From NCBI GenBank assembly GCA_013239625.1, contig MU054466.1, positions 5,047,770 through 5,111,769 of the forward strand: a stretch of DNA of 64,000 nucleotides, in the 5' to 3' direction. Below the pieces are notes generated by a model that made no database searches, was not told the DNA's origin, and saw only the letters and a program-made list of their open reading frames with translations. Each line of letters opens with the position of its first letter. Position 1 is the stretch's first letter. Made by a program: the position numbers and the translations under genes. Shown piece by piece: positions 33,355-48,204 of the stretch. The DNA comes from Lama guanicoe. Its lineage: Eukaryota.

Positions 33355-34860
33355 GCTGCTGAGCAGTGGCTGGACGCAGAGAGAAACCAGGGAGCAGAGA
33401 AAGCGGACAGGCAGTACAGGACAAGGACGCTGGGTCCCCGGGTCTGACCGTGCATTCCAGAGCTCCAGGGTGGCCCCAGGCCTTGTTAGCTCTGCGGACA
33501 GGTATGGAAGCCTGACGTGGCTGGGGCGGCCCCTGGCTTGTGTGAAGCCCAATTCTGTGTAACTGTCGTCAGACACCTCACCCCACTGACCACGAGCTGC
33601 CAGGGCCTCATCCTCCCTTCCCTTGCTGGAGTCCAGGCCTGGCCTGCCAACCTCCTGGCGGGGCAGGAGTCCTCATCTGGTGGCCGGGTCAGCACACGTG
33701 TCAGGCACACGCAGAGCAGAGCTGCCGCCACAAGGCTGCTCGGAGGAGAGGTGCGGCCGAGAGAGCAGTGGTGTCTGCTCGGGGCCAAGTAGAGCTCTCA
33801 GGTCAGGCCTGTGCTAATGACAGGGGTCATTTGGTGGCATGTGGCTGGCCCTTCAGCAAACTTTAATTAGGTGTCCAGTCTACCCTAAGAGCTCTAAGAT
33901 AGAAACCCCTAGTTCCTTTCAACTGACCTCTGAGTCTGCGGAGAGAACGTGTAGAAAACCAAGAATATAATTAAGACCAAAATGAAACATACACAAAAAG
34001 GCTCTCCTGCATTCCCTCCGTTGGCTGTGTGACAAGGGGTATTGAACGGCCCAGGAGAGCCCTGGATGGTGGCCAGAGTCAGGGTGGGCAGGGCAGCAGT
34101 GAAGGCTCAGGGAGCACAGAGCAGAGGCTGGCTGGAAGCTCAGAGGGGGCTGGTATGCTGCCCTCACTGTGGGAGGGGGTCCTTCCTGGCCCTCGTAGAA
34201 GCACCAGTTGAGTGAGGGGGCAGCAGTGAGTGGCTGGGAAGGAATTCAAACACCAAGCTGGCAGGACGAGCCAACAGGATGTGGGAAACAGATGGCCCAG
34301 GCGTAGAAGACCCCTGGCTACTGGTGGTGACAGATCACAGCCGTCCCCCCAGGAGACACTCGGCTGAGATCAGTCACGGATCTGCGGGGGAGTCAGCCAC
34401 GTGGCCACAAATAATTCTGGGGACAGGTAAAACCAGAGCCCTTATGTTCCCAGGTGACGGTCTCCTCCTGGGGACCTTCTGCCACCCGGGCCACCACCAC
34501 TGAGTCCCACCTCTCCCTGCTGGCTCGGTCTGGAAGGCAAATCTGGGGCACCTGCCAGGGGGAGGTGGGGGAGCAGGGCTGAGAAACTTCACGAGACTGG
34601 CTCAAGTTTATCCACAAACGGTCGGGAGGATGGCGCCTGACCCACTTTGCGGGAGCACCGAGACAGTAATGACGGGTGTGGTGCTGCTCTGAATACACAA
34701 TCAGAGGGAAGGCAGCCTGTGGGTCCCTGACAACCCAGACCAAGGAGGGCTGCCACGCGCCAGAGCTGCCTTTATTAGAAAGAATCGTCTTTTTTAATAA
34801 CACCAAACGGGGCGCCTTGAGATGAGCCAGCTGTTTGTGTCCCCAAGTGGGAGGCGTCTG

Positions 34861-34912
34861 CTGGGGGGAGTCGGTAATGGCTGGGGAGTCGGTAATGGGA
34901 GTGGAGTAATGA
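34861..34912. repeat. Short tandem repeat (CTGGGGAGTCGGTAATGG)x2 plus a degenerate copy
   Basis: Direct reading. Confidence 0.8.
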
Positions 34913-37900
34913 TGCCACCGCGCCCCCTTCCAGCCTGAGAGCTTCCCACCGGTGGCCCAGGTGGGAACAGTCTACAGTTGTCGGCTTAGCTCTAAAGCCA
35001 CAGCTGCTGGGACTGTGGGCACGACAGTCTCCTAAGTGTCCCTGGTTGACTGATAGCTGACAGTGAGAGCCAGGAGTGGGGGAAGCCGGGCCTCTCTGTG
35101 AGGTGGGCCTGCGTCTCATTTCTCTTGGGCTCAAGCTTCCTTGAAGACGGTGGGGGTGGAGGCTGGCAGGATGCAGGGAGGGCTCCTGGCCCCGTGAGCC
35201 CAGGGGACCAGCGCTGGGGTCGGGTGGTGGGGAGGCTGTACAGAACAGCTGGTGATGCTCTGAGATCTCACCAAGGGACATCCATCCAGTGATACGGCTC
35301 TTTCTGGAGGTGGCTTGGGCCATGTCCCTTATCTCCTGGCCGGTCCCAAGGAAGGCTCACTCTGAAGCCACTTCTGGGAGGCAGCAGCACTCCTGGGAGG
35401 CAGCAGCCCGACATGACGACGGTGGGGACACAAGGGCTGACATCTGAATGCTGACCCGCTGCCGGGGACTGTGCTGCTAGCATTTCCCACGTGGTCCCAT
35501 TTTGTCTTCTGGCTTCTGTCACTGCCTGACAAGGAGCCTGGCCTGTGAGCACACACCGGCGGTGGACGCCATCCCACTCGCACCGAAGGGAACAAAGGGA
35601 GGAGGTGCAGCAGGGGCGGCACCTGGGCCAGAGCCTCGTGAGCTGAAGTAGCCGCTGGGTGCGAGCGAGTAGAAGGCATGCAGGGCTGGCCAGGAAGTCT
35701 CCCGGTCCTGAAAAGTCTCGCCTGCCAGGACAGTGATCGGAGACCATCCTTGTACACGTGAATTCAGGGGCATTTGCAAACCAGGTCTCCCAAGCTGAGC
35801 AGCCTGGTCTCCCCAGAACTTCTTTGGACAACAAAAGAAATGAATCAAGGTTGACACTTGTCAGACACGTTCTGACATTTCCCGGACAAGCGGCTATTTG
35901 CAAAGGCCATCCAACCTTTAAATTCCAGCCTGGGAATTCGAAAACCCTGGAGGAACCAGCCTACAGGCTTCTCAGCTTGTCTTGAGCTCCAGGGGGCCCT
36001 GCTCAGGGAGGGGCTCCTGCAGTCTTCCCCGGCCTCATTTCAACAGATGGCAGAACAAATTCCTAATTAAGCACGAGAAAGTTTCCGGCTCAGCACATTT
36101 ATTTATGATTTTCCGGTTCCTTTGGTGCTCATCCCTCCCTTTTGTCTTCCTGGAGCCCAAGCCAGCTTATTGCCACACTGAGCTCCCTACTCTGCTCTCT
36201 TGGACAGTCTGGGCCCTAATCTGGGGAGTGGGAAGAGGCAGGGGAAGCCGGAAGGAGGTCAGGCCGCACAGCTGCTGTTCAGAAGCAAAATGAAGAGGGA
36301 GTTTGTTGCAAACTGACAACTTGGCGCAGACTTGAGAGTACAAACAGGGCCCTGGTGCTCACTGCCTTTGGAGGAGTTCTAGAAAGATCACCTGGGGTCA
36401 GCTTGGGCCAGAGGAGAGAACTTCCCCTCTGGCATCCCACGGGCAGGGCTCGCTGCCTCCCACAGCGGTGCTGCCAGATTCCAGGACCTCCGCCCCTTCC
36501 CCCCTCCCCGTCCTGACGCTGCGCCTCTGCCTGGGTCAGGACCAGGCAAACACCTTCCGCACGGTTCTGGGCAGGGAGATGCCCGGGGGGCTCCAACGCT
36601 CCAAGGCTGAGAACTGAACCCGGGGCCCGGCTACACGCCAGACAGCGTACTTCACTGGGTGACTTCTCTCTCACTTGAGGGCTGTGTGTCACATGGAGGG
36701 TTACTTTTCGAGTCGAGGGCTGAGAGTCTCACGGAGAAAAGCAGCGGCCCGTGCTGTCACCCGCAGCAGTGCTCTGGGGAGAAGGTTCGCAGAGAGGCCA
36801 CTGCCATTTGATTATCTCTCAGATCAGAGGGAGGAAAGAGGCAAATGACTTGCAGAGACAACGATGTCACCACCAAAACACAAGCGCAGATGACCTTCAC
36901 GGGCTGGACTCCACCTCGCGCCCTCTCAAGGCCACCGCCTGCGCTGCCAGGGGCTACCTCTGAGGGCCCGGAAGCAGAGGGGTGGGAGACCCAGAGGAGT
37001 CCCGCTGCAGTCCCCTCGCCGCCCTGTGGGAGGGGGCTCTGGTTGGGAGGGGGAGATGCAGAATGGGGACACCGGGGTCCGGGGTGGCCCATGCCATAGG
37101 AAAGCAGTCAATTTTCTAAAGCAACTGGTTCTGGAGAAGGAGAGGAGTCTAACAGCAGAATGGGGAGGGGACGAGGGCTGCTCGAGGTACGTGAGGACAC
37201 CTCGTACGTGAGGGTTCAGCGCTGCCTTCACAGGTGGGAGCTGGGTCTGACTCGAGTCTGGGGGGCACCTGGTGGCCTGTGCCAAGACATAGGCTCTTTA
37301 CTTACTGTCAGCCTCCTCCTCTTCTTCCTTACAGCCTTCTCCCTTTTAACAAATGCATTGCTCACCAGAAGCAGAGAGGACTTTGTCATGCTAAACAGGC
37401 CCCGGGGTGTACGGAAGCCATTAACTGTCATTATCTGGGCGGTCTCCCTCGTGGGCTGACGAGGGGAATCCATCACGCCAGCTACAGCACGGGTGTCCCC
37501 TCCACCTCTCCCACCCTGCTCCTGCCTTTCCAATGGAAAGGGACGCGGAACCTGTGTTTAACGAGCCCCTTCCACCACTGATGCAGAAGGTCAAGGACAG
37601 CCAGTCCCGAGCGGGGCAGGGGCCAGACCTCCAGGACTTGGGGACCTGACTTCAGGGAGCAGAGGAGCTGGGGCAACAGAGTTGGGCCAGGGAAGCGAGG
37701 AGGGAGAACATTTTTCTCCGAATACTGTTTGCTGAAAAAATGTTTCCTTCTGAAGGTCACTGGGGCTTTCAAATACTTCCTATAAGCAGGCTTACAAGGA
37801 GAAGATCGGCCGGCCGGTAATTCTGAGCCCCGGCTGAGCCTCGTTTTTGGACACAAGCCCTGCTGGCACTCAGGGAGGCTCCGTTCCAACATCTTACTCT

Positions 37901-39116
37901 GGAACTAGCGTGACCCTCACGTTCTAAGTAATGAGTTTGCTTTTTGTCCCAGGTGGTCACGTTAACTTAACCCAGGGCTTTGGAGCTTGTGAATGCAATT
38001 TGGGAAAAGCATCCTGTAGGTGAGATGGGATCTGACCAGCTGGATGGGGTAGACAAGGCAGCTGTCCCCGTCCAGGTGTGCGGGGTCCTCCTGCTCCCTC
38101 ATCTCACCTGGTTGGTGAAGGGCAGGCTCATCGAGCTAAGAGGCCCCAAAGCCCACACACCAGACGGCTCAGTCCTGCTCTCGTTTCCTTGCAAAGGACC
38201 AAGAGTGGGAAAAAGCTACAGGCTGGTGAGTCCAGCTCAAGACAAGGCACTGACAAGGTACCCCTCAGGGTGGCACAGGAGCCTTTCCGCCATGAGCCCT
38301 GGATTGGAGGCCGCCCCGTCCACGTGCTGCAGAGCCTGCCCCTGCAGGGGAGGGGGGTGGGCTGGATAGCCAGGCAACTTCCAAGCGAAGATGAGCCAGG
38401 ACACTCCTGGGATGCAGTGGCTCCTTAGGCTAGGATCTTGCAACCGACCCCAGAGCATCTGCTTGCCAGCAGGGGTGGCAGCGACCACACACCCTCTGGT
38501 GATGGGCCCAGGTGGGTCAGCCGCCTGGTTGAGGATGAGGTCAGAAGTGAACGAGCTCCCTCCTGCAGACCAGATATTAGGGGAGAGACCCCCAAACCCC
38601 CAGCGAGGACAGAGGCGTTCTTGGTGAGCGGGCACTGACAGTTAGAAGGTACTGTGGGTGGGGTGTCTTTTCACGCCCTGGTGGCTGGGGACGCAGAGGC
38701 GGCTGCCATGGCCCACTGGGTTTTATGGCTGAGCTGCACAGTGTGCCCAGGAGAACAAACAGTACGCTGCTGTCCTGCCCTGAAGGGGGCACAGCCCAAC
38801 CTAGGCCTCCAGGCACCACGGAGCCCAACCACCAGCCTGTGGGTTGGTGGGATCCCAGCACAGTTGAAATCAGGTCCCAGGCCTAGTCCCACCTCTATCT
38901 GCATTATGTGACCTCGAAGTGACTTATCTTTCTCAGTACTAAACTTCCCCACCAGTATAAAAGGCACAGAGCACCTGCCTCCTCCTCGCCCTTGGGAGTC
39001 CACGGAAACGTTCACCACCTTCTAGCCAGGGTGGTGAGCCCACGTGGCCATCTCAGGAAAGGCTGAGGATGGGACGAGGGGAGAAAAGGTAGACTCAAGA
39101 TGTGTGTCAGACTCAC

Positions 39117-39210
39117 CGATCCATCTCATCAGCGACGTTAGGATCTGCAGGTACTTGGTCTTCTGGACGTCAAAGAAGGTGAAGGGTCCGAGGAGGAGAG
39201 TGAAGACAGC
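39117..39210 (-). CDS. TMEM104: TMEM104 exon (exon 9 equivalent)
   Basis: cag|GCTGTC...ATCG|gtgagt; AVFTLLLGPFTFFDVQKTKYLQILTSLMRWI; phase 1 matches the last exon. Confidence 0.95.
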
Positions 39211-39254
39211 CTGAGTGACAGAAGTGAGAGTGAGAGGGGTGCAGAGGCTGCGCT

Positions 39255-39400
39255 GCATGTGGCACACCGTGTGCATGGGGAGGGCACGCCGTGTATATGT
39301 GTCTGTGTGTAGGACAGTGTGTGTGGGTGTTGGGGGAAGGACACACCGTGCATGTAGGGAGGGCATGCTGTGTGTGTGGGGAGGGCATGCCGTTCATGCA
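39255..39400. repeat. Degenerate GT-rich minisatellite (core gtg..ggggagggcaygc)
   Basis: Four diverged units interspersed with (TG)n. Confidence 0.65.
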
Positions 39401-42400
39401 GACTCCACCCATGGCCAGGGCCTATCCTAACCCAGGTGTGCGCCTGTACCGGCAGAGGCTCCCGGGGTTCAGACAGCATCACCGGGCGAGTTCCCAGGGG
39501 GCAATGAGAATGAATCCACAGCTCTGCTTCTCTGCCGTTCCTCACACTTACTGTCTTAAGACTACTTTCTAGGCCAGTCCCGGGTGACATCCTGGGGACA
39601 CTGCCCCCTCGCTCTTCTTCTCTTCAGCAAGTACTGACTCAGGGGTCACGGGCTGGCACTGAGCTGGCATGAGCATGAGTCAGGTACGAGCCCCAGGAAG
39701 ATAAGGCTCCAAAATGAACACCAGGCGCACCCCAGGTCCTCACTGGGAAGAAAGGATGCGGCAAGGGGGTGGGGGGACGATGCAGGTGCCCTGATGATAC
39801 AGCACAGTGGAGAGGTCACCACCCTGAAGGGCTGAGAGGAAAAGGCTCATTGGGATGTCGTTTATCAGCAATGTTTTGGACATCAACAGACGGGGAAGCC
39901 TGGAGAACTAGAGCCAGTGGCTTCCAGGGCAAACCTGCCAGAGAAACAGCGGGACCGAGGAGCAGGGGCTGCATCCAGGAGAGCTGGGAGTGGGGAGTGT
40001 GGGGGTGGGGGCCTGGCCGGAGAAGTGGGGGCCACTGGCCCTGGTCCCCTCACTTCTCTTCCTCTCTAGAGAACAGGGGAAAGCAAGTGTTTACTTAGGG
40101 GAAGAAAAGAGAGTTCAAAGCCTGTCTTAGAGAGCTGGTCTATGGGAAATTCGGACCCTCTTTGCGAAAGAAAATGGGGGTAAAAGTGGCGCAGTGGAGA
40201 CCCGGCCTGGAAACCAAGGGAAAGTGAGGATTTTCGTGCCAAATGGGTTGCTCAGGGAGCAGAGGAATTAAAAGCTGCTGGTTGGAGTTACAATGATGGT
40301 ACCATTTCCAATCTGCCACTCGGAAGCAGTGGAGGCATCAGACCTTATTAACATTTACACTGTGCCATTTTATCACGTTAATGCTAATGACACTCGCCAG
40401 AGATGTGGCAGACGGCTCCAAGCCCGAAAGTGGGGATTGGGGCCCACTTCGGGGAGTCGGGTCTGGCCCTGTGACCTGGGTGAGCACATCGCAGCTGCTC
40501 GGCTGCCAGGCCGGTCTGGCTCCCCCCACCCGCCCAGTGATGGGCAGGCGGAAGCTCTGGGAGCTCCTGGAGCGGAGCTGAGTCCGTCCCTCCCCGCCCT
40601 GCCCGCAAGGAGAGCAGGATGTGGGAGAAGCTGTGACCTCTTATCCAAGTCCATTATCACTGTGAGGATGAATGACAGGAAAGACTAAAGTGCTGCTTAA
40701 GGAAAGGCTCTAATTAGCTGGGGGTGGGTCAGGCCTCCTGGCAGTTGCCAGGGCTGGGAGACTTTTGGAAAGAGCTTTCTCCGGGGGCCTGCAACCAGCC
40801 CAGCTTCCATCCTGGAAGGAGAAGCGTTTCCATCACGGAGTGAAGGGGGAGACAGAGAGGAAAGGGGCTCCCTGGGCAGCCCTCACCAGGCCCCCTCCGG
40901 CCCGGGGCCACAGTGAGGTGCAGGATCACCAGCTCTTGGCCGAGCAAGTCTGTATGCAGCAGCGTCAGCAAGTCATTTAGGAAAATTACCACTTCAGGGA
41001 AACTTTCCACTGATGAATTTCCCTTATGAAGGATGGGAGAGGGACATGTCACGTGGGAGAATATGTACAGAGCCACTTGCTCCAGACGTCCCCAAATGGC
41101 CCTGGCCTGCTCAAAACTGGACTCCAGGGAGCCCCAGGCTTGGTGCTGGGGTGTTTCGCCTCTGACCTGGGACGCCTCTCACTGAAAACACAGTGCTCCA
41201 GCTGCGGGTGCTGGGCATTTTACGTGGGACGTCAGATCTTGTCTTGGAAGCCTAAAGACTGGTTTTTAGAAGGTTCCACTGCGTAAAAACAGGGGGATCG
41301 CAGAAGCAGCCTCAGAGGCAGGTGGGGAATTCTGCTCCCGTGGGCGGTGCGGGGCTCCCCCTCCAGGCGGGAATCCACCTTCACCCTCCTCCTCAGCAGA
41401 TGCTTATCAAGATCCTACTACACATGACACCCCCATCCCTTTTTTTCTGAGACTAGAAAAGGAGTTTATTAGGTTACGCTGCCACAGACAACCGCGGGCC
41501 ACACAGACGAGAGGTGCCTGTGTGAGCACTGAGGGGCGACTGCTGTGGTCTCTTTTATATGGTGGGGTCACAAGGTGCCTGATAAAATGCCCCTTTTTAT
41601 ACAGCCCTGCAGGATGGGATCCTGCTGAGAGCACTCCTCATTTAAAGAGACCAAGCGAACGGACACACATTACAGGGTGGACTCAGAAGTGTGTGCAGGG
41701 TGCCCACTGAGGACCGGGAAGTGAGTCAAGAGCTGAGAACGGGGGTCCACCCTTGCCAAGCTCTCTTGGAAGATTTGGTCAATGGCTGTGGCACCCATGG
41801 CTGGATGGCAGCTAGATGTGATTTCTTTCTTTCTTTCTTTCTTTTTTTTACCTCTCAGGAGCACAGAGTGACTGCCCGGGTGGGGAAGGCACAGGGCCAG
41901 CTGCCAAACAGCAGCCCTCGCACGAGGCGGAGCTCCCGCAGCAGAGGGAGCCCAGACCAAGACTCACACACAAGCACAAGCTGGGGCTAATTAAGGAACA
42001 GGTGTCCTCTGCAAATTAGTTCGAGCCAGACTCGGCATCCGGGACGGGAAAGGACAGAGGATTCGGAGCGGCGGCATGTGTGGCCTCGCCATGGTGTGGC
42101 TGCAAAGTCTCGGGGAAGAAACGGCCCCAGCATCCCAGTGGTTCAGCGGGGACAGAGCTCATCTCTGAATGCTGAACAGCTGAGGGTGGCACCTTCTGTT
42201 TTCCTTTCCCTTTTACAAAAAGGAGAAATAAGAAGCCAAGAGACAGCCCATCCTCCTGGGCCTTCCTGCCCAGCCCGTAGGACATTAAAAATTAGCTGGC
42301 TCCTTCCCAAACCCCCAAATGCCGTTGATCAGCTCAAACTCAGTCTTTGTTCAAGGACTCTCCTAGCCCGACTCATTACAGGAGGCAGGGACACCAAATG

Positions 42401-45400
42401 CTGCAGCCAAATGTGTTTCTTAAAAAAAAAACAACACAACAATTCTTTGGTTTCTCATGAAACCTTCAAACTGGTCACTGGAAATAAAGTCTGAGACAGA
42501 CCCGGGGGTGCAAACGGGGTCACTCGTGTCTCTCTTTCTTCTCGAGTCGGTGAGTTTAGATGTGCACCAAAGGCCCCGAGGCAACCCTGCCAGTCTTGAT
42601 GGACAAGAGGTAGCGCAAGTTCCCCAGGCAGGGCTGGCAACGCTGGGCCAGCAGTGTCCCGGTGGCACTCTGAATCTCACACGGAGTCTAAAACTCAACA
42701 CAGCCGCCTCTCCTATGTCCCTGGGCGGGCTCAGCATACTACCCACCTCCAATTACCCCGCTCCAGACTCCCAACAATCTCTGACTCCTTCCTGACGGCC
42801 TGTAACTGCTGTAACTTGGTGGCTTAAAACCGTAAGAATGTGTTTTTCGCAATCCTGGAGGAAAGACAGGACGCACAGAGCAAGGGCCTGTAACCCTGTC
42901 TGGGAAGGGCTGGGGTGCGGGTCACAGCGGTCATAATACGTGATGTAAGAGGAATCAGGTGGGCAAAGGGCCTGGGGCGGGGAGTTCAGGACCGGGGAAC
43001 TGTCCTGATCCCTTTGTCCCTGTCCTCTGCCTCCTGGGCCCAGAGCCAGCTGGTGCCAACGTCACCTCCCCACAGTCAGCCCCAAGCACACCTGCGTCTG
43101 TCCAACTCACAAGGGCTCATCACCTCAGAGAAGGCAAGGCCCAGCAGCCCCATGATCTGGTTCCAGCCACCTTTTTCAACCTTGTCTCTGAAGACACTAC
43201 CCCCAGAACCTGCGGCCCAGCAGCCCTGGGCTGTGTGAGCCCCGACATGCCCAGTGCCTTCCTACCGCTGGGCCTTTGCTCAGCAAGCTCATCATGCCAC
43301 TTCTGCAGGTCAAAGTCCCACCCAAAAGTCTGCTCCTTCACCCTCGTCTCCCAAGTCCCCTCACTGGAGTATGGGTGTTTCCCGGCCAGCCACCCCTCCC
43401 CTGGCCGCCATCTTCGTTTCCAGCAGTGCTCGGCACAGCGCCCCCTACAGGACTGAGCGGAACGGGGCACATGCCTGGAGGGCAGGGAGGAGCCCCACTT
43501 CGCCAGCCTCCGCCAGAAAAGAGACCCAAGGACAGGGGCGTAAAGAGAGTCCTGATCTAACTCGCAGCTCCTGGCCCACCGGCGGCAGGAATCAGTGTCT
43601 GGGGGATGTGGGGCAGGCTGGGGATGGCTGTGCTCGGAGATTCCCGGGACAGGACGGGTGGCTTTGCTGAGATCCCGAAGTACCAATGCACAACCCAGCT
43701 GGCAAGGCTTAGTCTCTAACTGGGGACACTGCTTTCCTCTTGGGAAATAATCAGCCCCGGCTACAGGCTGGGAGAGAGGAACACATGCTGTGCTGCTACA
43801 GAGAGCATCATCGCCTGCCTCCAACTTCTGTAGTTTTAACCCTACAGCCCACCGCCCTCGGGGATGAAAGTCTCCAATACAGCTCACTCCTGCTACACAA
43901 GATGAGCGCAGGATTACTGGCCACATACTAGGTCCTTTGTTTAAATGTGCAAAGTGGGAAAACAGGGGTGTATCAGCATCAGGGCACAGAAGTAAAGAAA
44001 TTTCACACCTATCTCCTCGTCCCCAAATTTCTCTGCAAGCTTAGCTGGTCAGAGAAACACCATGAAAATTTTTACTTTGGTGCTAATTCCAACTTAAGTG
44101 CCAGTGTAACCGGCTGCAAAGTCCCTGGGTTCCACCTTCTGCCTGCATATCTACCATGTGAGCCCCATCCATGTCTTCCCAGCTGCGGGTCCGTGAACCA
44201 AACCATCACAGCAAAGGGGTCCTGTGATGAGGTCGCCACTGATGCTGCGGATCCCCCGCATCTCACAAAGTGCTCACTCACACGAGGCTTCGTGTCACAC
44301 TCCTGGCCATCCGTGAGGTCACCAGGCAGGTGACGATGCCCCATTTTACTGATGAGGGGGCTGAGGGACTGGAGAGGTTGGGAGACAGGGTGAGAAAGCG
44401 GCAGAAGGGACTGGGAGCCTCCCGATCGGGTCCCTCTGATTGCACACTGCATCCCGTGTCAGGCTGTTTCCCCCTCTGACACCTCCTCCCCCGACGTGGA
44501 GCTAATTCTCACCCTTGTGCCTTTACCCTCGTGATCCCTCCTGCTGGCAAAGCATTTCCCTCTACCTTCTTTATTTCCATCACCTTCCCAGCCCCGCTCA
44601 AGCACCAGTCTCCTCTGCAAGTTTCTCCAAATGTTTTAATCCTCTGGACTGATTACCAAACCCATGGTTGGTATCACATTACTTAGTTCTTGGAGGTTCT
44701 GTGTTACTCCTTGTTCATGGGTTGATTCTCTGCCCCCAGCAGAGCGTATGCACCATGATGGCAAGGACTGCATCCCCAGGCACAGCTTGAGACGCTCAGT
44801 GAGCACGTGCAGGACATGGTGAACTGGGTGGAGGAAGTGGCTGATAGGAGGGTTTAATCCTGCAGGGCGGGAAGAGGCCACCCCAGCCTTGCTGACATGC
44901 CTCGTTCGTACCCTCTAACGCTGGGAATGTCTGAGTTGTCAGAGCAAGTGGTGCGCAGGTATGCAGAGGTCACCTGTTCTGCGTGAAAGCAGTTCATGCA
45001 ACAAGTCTTGGGATGTTGAACGGTGATACGTGGCCTGATCCACACAAACACACAAGGACGTGTGGGGGCCAACCATGCAGGAAACAGGCTTGGCACCCAT
45101 GGGGCCCCGAAGGGCCCGTTCAGGCAGAGATGGTGGTACCCTGGTGGCACTGCTGAGCTCCCTGGACCCATCCTAGTATTTCACGTGATAAAGGAAACAG
45201 ATGCCCAGATTATAGGGCTGTCCTTGTTGGATGGTAGGGGTTAAGAGTTAATGGGGGTTAATGGCAACTCAGCATGAAATGATCCCTAAATGGGAACTGA
45301 ACTTTCCAGGCGTCCTTGAAGTGCAGTGAAGAAATGTTCAAGGATTCTATTTTTACTTCTCAAGTGGCTATGAACATTCTGGTTTGGGAGTTTGTATTTT

Positions 45401-48204
45401 CCCAACTTGAATTACAATGTCTGGCGATTCATCCACGAACAGGAGGTGAGTTCTGAGGCAGCAAGGGACAACGGGAGGACCAGAGGCTTCGGGCCACATG
45501 CACAGGGAGGGGGTATGTGTCCTGCTGTTGCCCCAGCTAACCGTGAGACCCTGCAGCGCTGGGGAACTTCTCAGAGCACATTACATGTATGCAGAAGGTA
45601 TTCAAATAAACGTTAGCCCTTGACCATGTGACCCCAACAAGGATCAGCATACACTCAAGGACACCCCGGCTGTCCTGCAAACATCCCAGGGGGAGGCATT
45701 TGAAACTGAAGCCAATTAAGGACCAATGTTAGGTCAGCACTAGTCTTACTGGACTTCCTTTTTCTCCACCCAAGTTCAATAATGGTCCAAATGCTCTTCA
45801 GGGGGAGCTCAAGTTCTTCCCATCCAAACACGAAGGCTCAACCGTCAGGCAGATGACTGTGAGAGGACAGGAACAGGAGCTGGGGCTGAAGTCACATGGG
45901 CAGCTTGTGCGCCGAACCCAGTGAACCATCATCACAGCTTATTTGCCAAAACCTTAGGACGCGCTGCATCGTGCCACCTAGAGGAGGTCGCCTGAGACCT
46001 GCAGGAGGCCTGGCACTTTCACATGAAACTTGGAGAATGAGGTTTCAGAAACAACATCCCCCACCCTCAGGGCAGAAGACGGGCAGCGATTTCTGAAGGC
46101 CTGGCCCAGGGAGGGGCTGACCCGGAGAGGGTGAGGAGCCTTGTTGCTGGAGAGGGGACTCTGCCAGGACAGGCTGCTGGGCTTCGGACAACCAACCCAA
46201 CCATGATGGGGACGCTGCCAGCCTTTTACTCACTGATCCCTCAAATATGTTTACCTGGTGGAGAGTGACTAATGAAGACAGATGGAGGCTGGAACGCCTC
46301 CTCAGCACACGTGTTCCCTCTACAGCAGGGTCTGTGTCGGACCGACACCTTCCTGGAAGGCACTGCTTAGAGCAAGTCACCATGTCTTAGGATCCCTGGG
46401 TACCCCCCCACCCCACCTTCCCAACCCTCACTGAGAAGGTCCTGGGAGATGCTTACTGAATGGATTGAGAGACTGAAGGATTCAGGTGATGCCTGAAGAT
46501 AGAAATGGAGAGTTGATGCTCAGATATTCTGAAGATGCACATGCTTCTTGAGCACAGAAGTCAACTCTCTAAACCCAGCTATTATCTCATGACTTCCTTC
46601 AGCAGAAAACCAAGTCCACTCATGTCAAACAATTCAGCCTTATTCTGAATTAGTGAGCCCAAGATATGTAACACCTGTACCTCTCACCAAAAGGGGCAAG
46701 CGTGTACCTGCTGGAAGATGCTGAGCCCGGGAGAGGAGAGTGCTGAGTCCCAGCCAAAAGTTCAAGATTTCCCCAGGGAGCTCTTAGTTAGCCACTGAGC
46801 TACAGAGCAGAGGCAAGAAACCCAATCCACCTGGCAGGAACTTGACAGCCCATCAGACACGTGGATCAGGCAGCTGGCCAGGAGAAATGACTTGTCCCTA
46901 TGCCCGATTAACTGAGAAGAGGATGAAACTCTGGGACACCTTCTGGAAAGAGACACAGACTGGCCAGGGAGGTGGTATCTGAACAATCTCTGCTAAACTA
47001 CGGTGAAAACCATCTCTGATACCAGGGAGCCTGGGAGAATGATTTCGAGAAACCATGGAAGGGGTGGGCGCGCACACACACACGGGGAGAGGGTGGTCTG
47101 GAAGGGATGGCAAGAGCCCCCTGGACACAGCCAACACAGCAGCTGCATGGGATGGGAGTTCCCTGGACCGTCTGTGCCAGCTGAGAGGGGAGGGCCGAAC
47201 ACAGGACGGTCCAGGCCGCTGGGGCACTGTTCCCAGGTCTCGAGGAGCCTGGGTGATGTGATCTCAGCCCTGTCAGCCCGGAGACAACCAGGCACTTGGA
47301 GGGCAGGTCTCAGGCTCCCTCTGTCACTCCCTGAACACACTGACTGAAAGGCCGCCTCTGACTTTTTGACAGTTGAAAACATTCCCAGGTCCCTTTCTCA
47401 GAACCCTCTGCTTCCCTCTTTTCAAGGCAACTGGAAACAGAATGGGCCTAGGAAAGAACCCAAATTACTTCTTTTTCTGAGCCCTCTAGTCTCAACAACC
47501 CCCAGCCTACCTAGATGAGATAGAAAACCCTTACTTAGGAACCTGGGCTCTGTATCCAACTTCTTTGGATGTGGTTTTTGCTCTGAGAGGGAAAAAACAA
47601 AAAACAAAAGAGGATGTCCCCTTTCTAACTCAGATGGTGATAAAGAAAGGCTGGGAAACTCATCCCAAACTTCTGTTACTGAGCACCGTGGTGACTTACC
47701 AGGAGCCCGGCTGCTTAACTCAGTTTTAAAGACGGTGGGAGGAGCTCCCTGGGAAAGAGAGAAATGTCACGACCCACGGGAGGCTCCTTCAGTGCAGGGT
47801 GGCCTGGCTATGTGCCACCAGGGAACGGTTCATGTGCTGTGACCACTGCTAGAGGGAACCCAGGTCCTTCCAGAACGCACACTGTGGCTCCCAGGCAGCC
47901 ATCTCCACCATCACATCACAGTCCCCTCCCCGCCCAGCCTTTGAGTCAGGAGGACTCCCGGAAACTGGTCCGGCAATCATCCCCCACACTATGTCCAAGT
48001 CCCCAGCTGGGAGGTGGCTGGGGTGGGGGGGTTGCGTTCTGAGGGGATGCTGTTGGCAAGGAGGGAGAGTTCTGCCCACGGACAGGCCACCCTTATGCCC
48101 AGAGCCTTTCCCTGCTTCCAGACACTCCCCAGGAGACTGACCCACCACTCAGAGGAGGCTCTACTTGGGCGCAGGGTAGAAAGAAGCTCGGAGAACAGGC
48201 AAGT

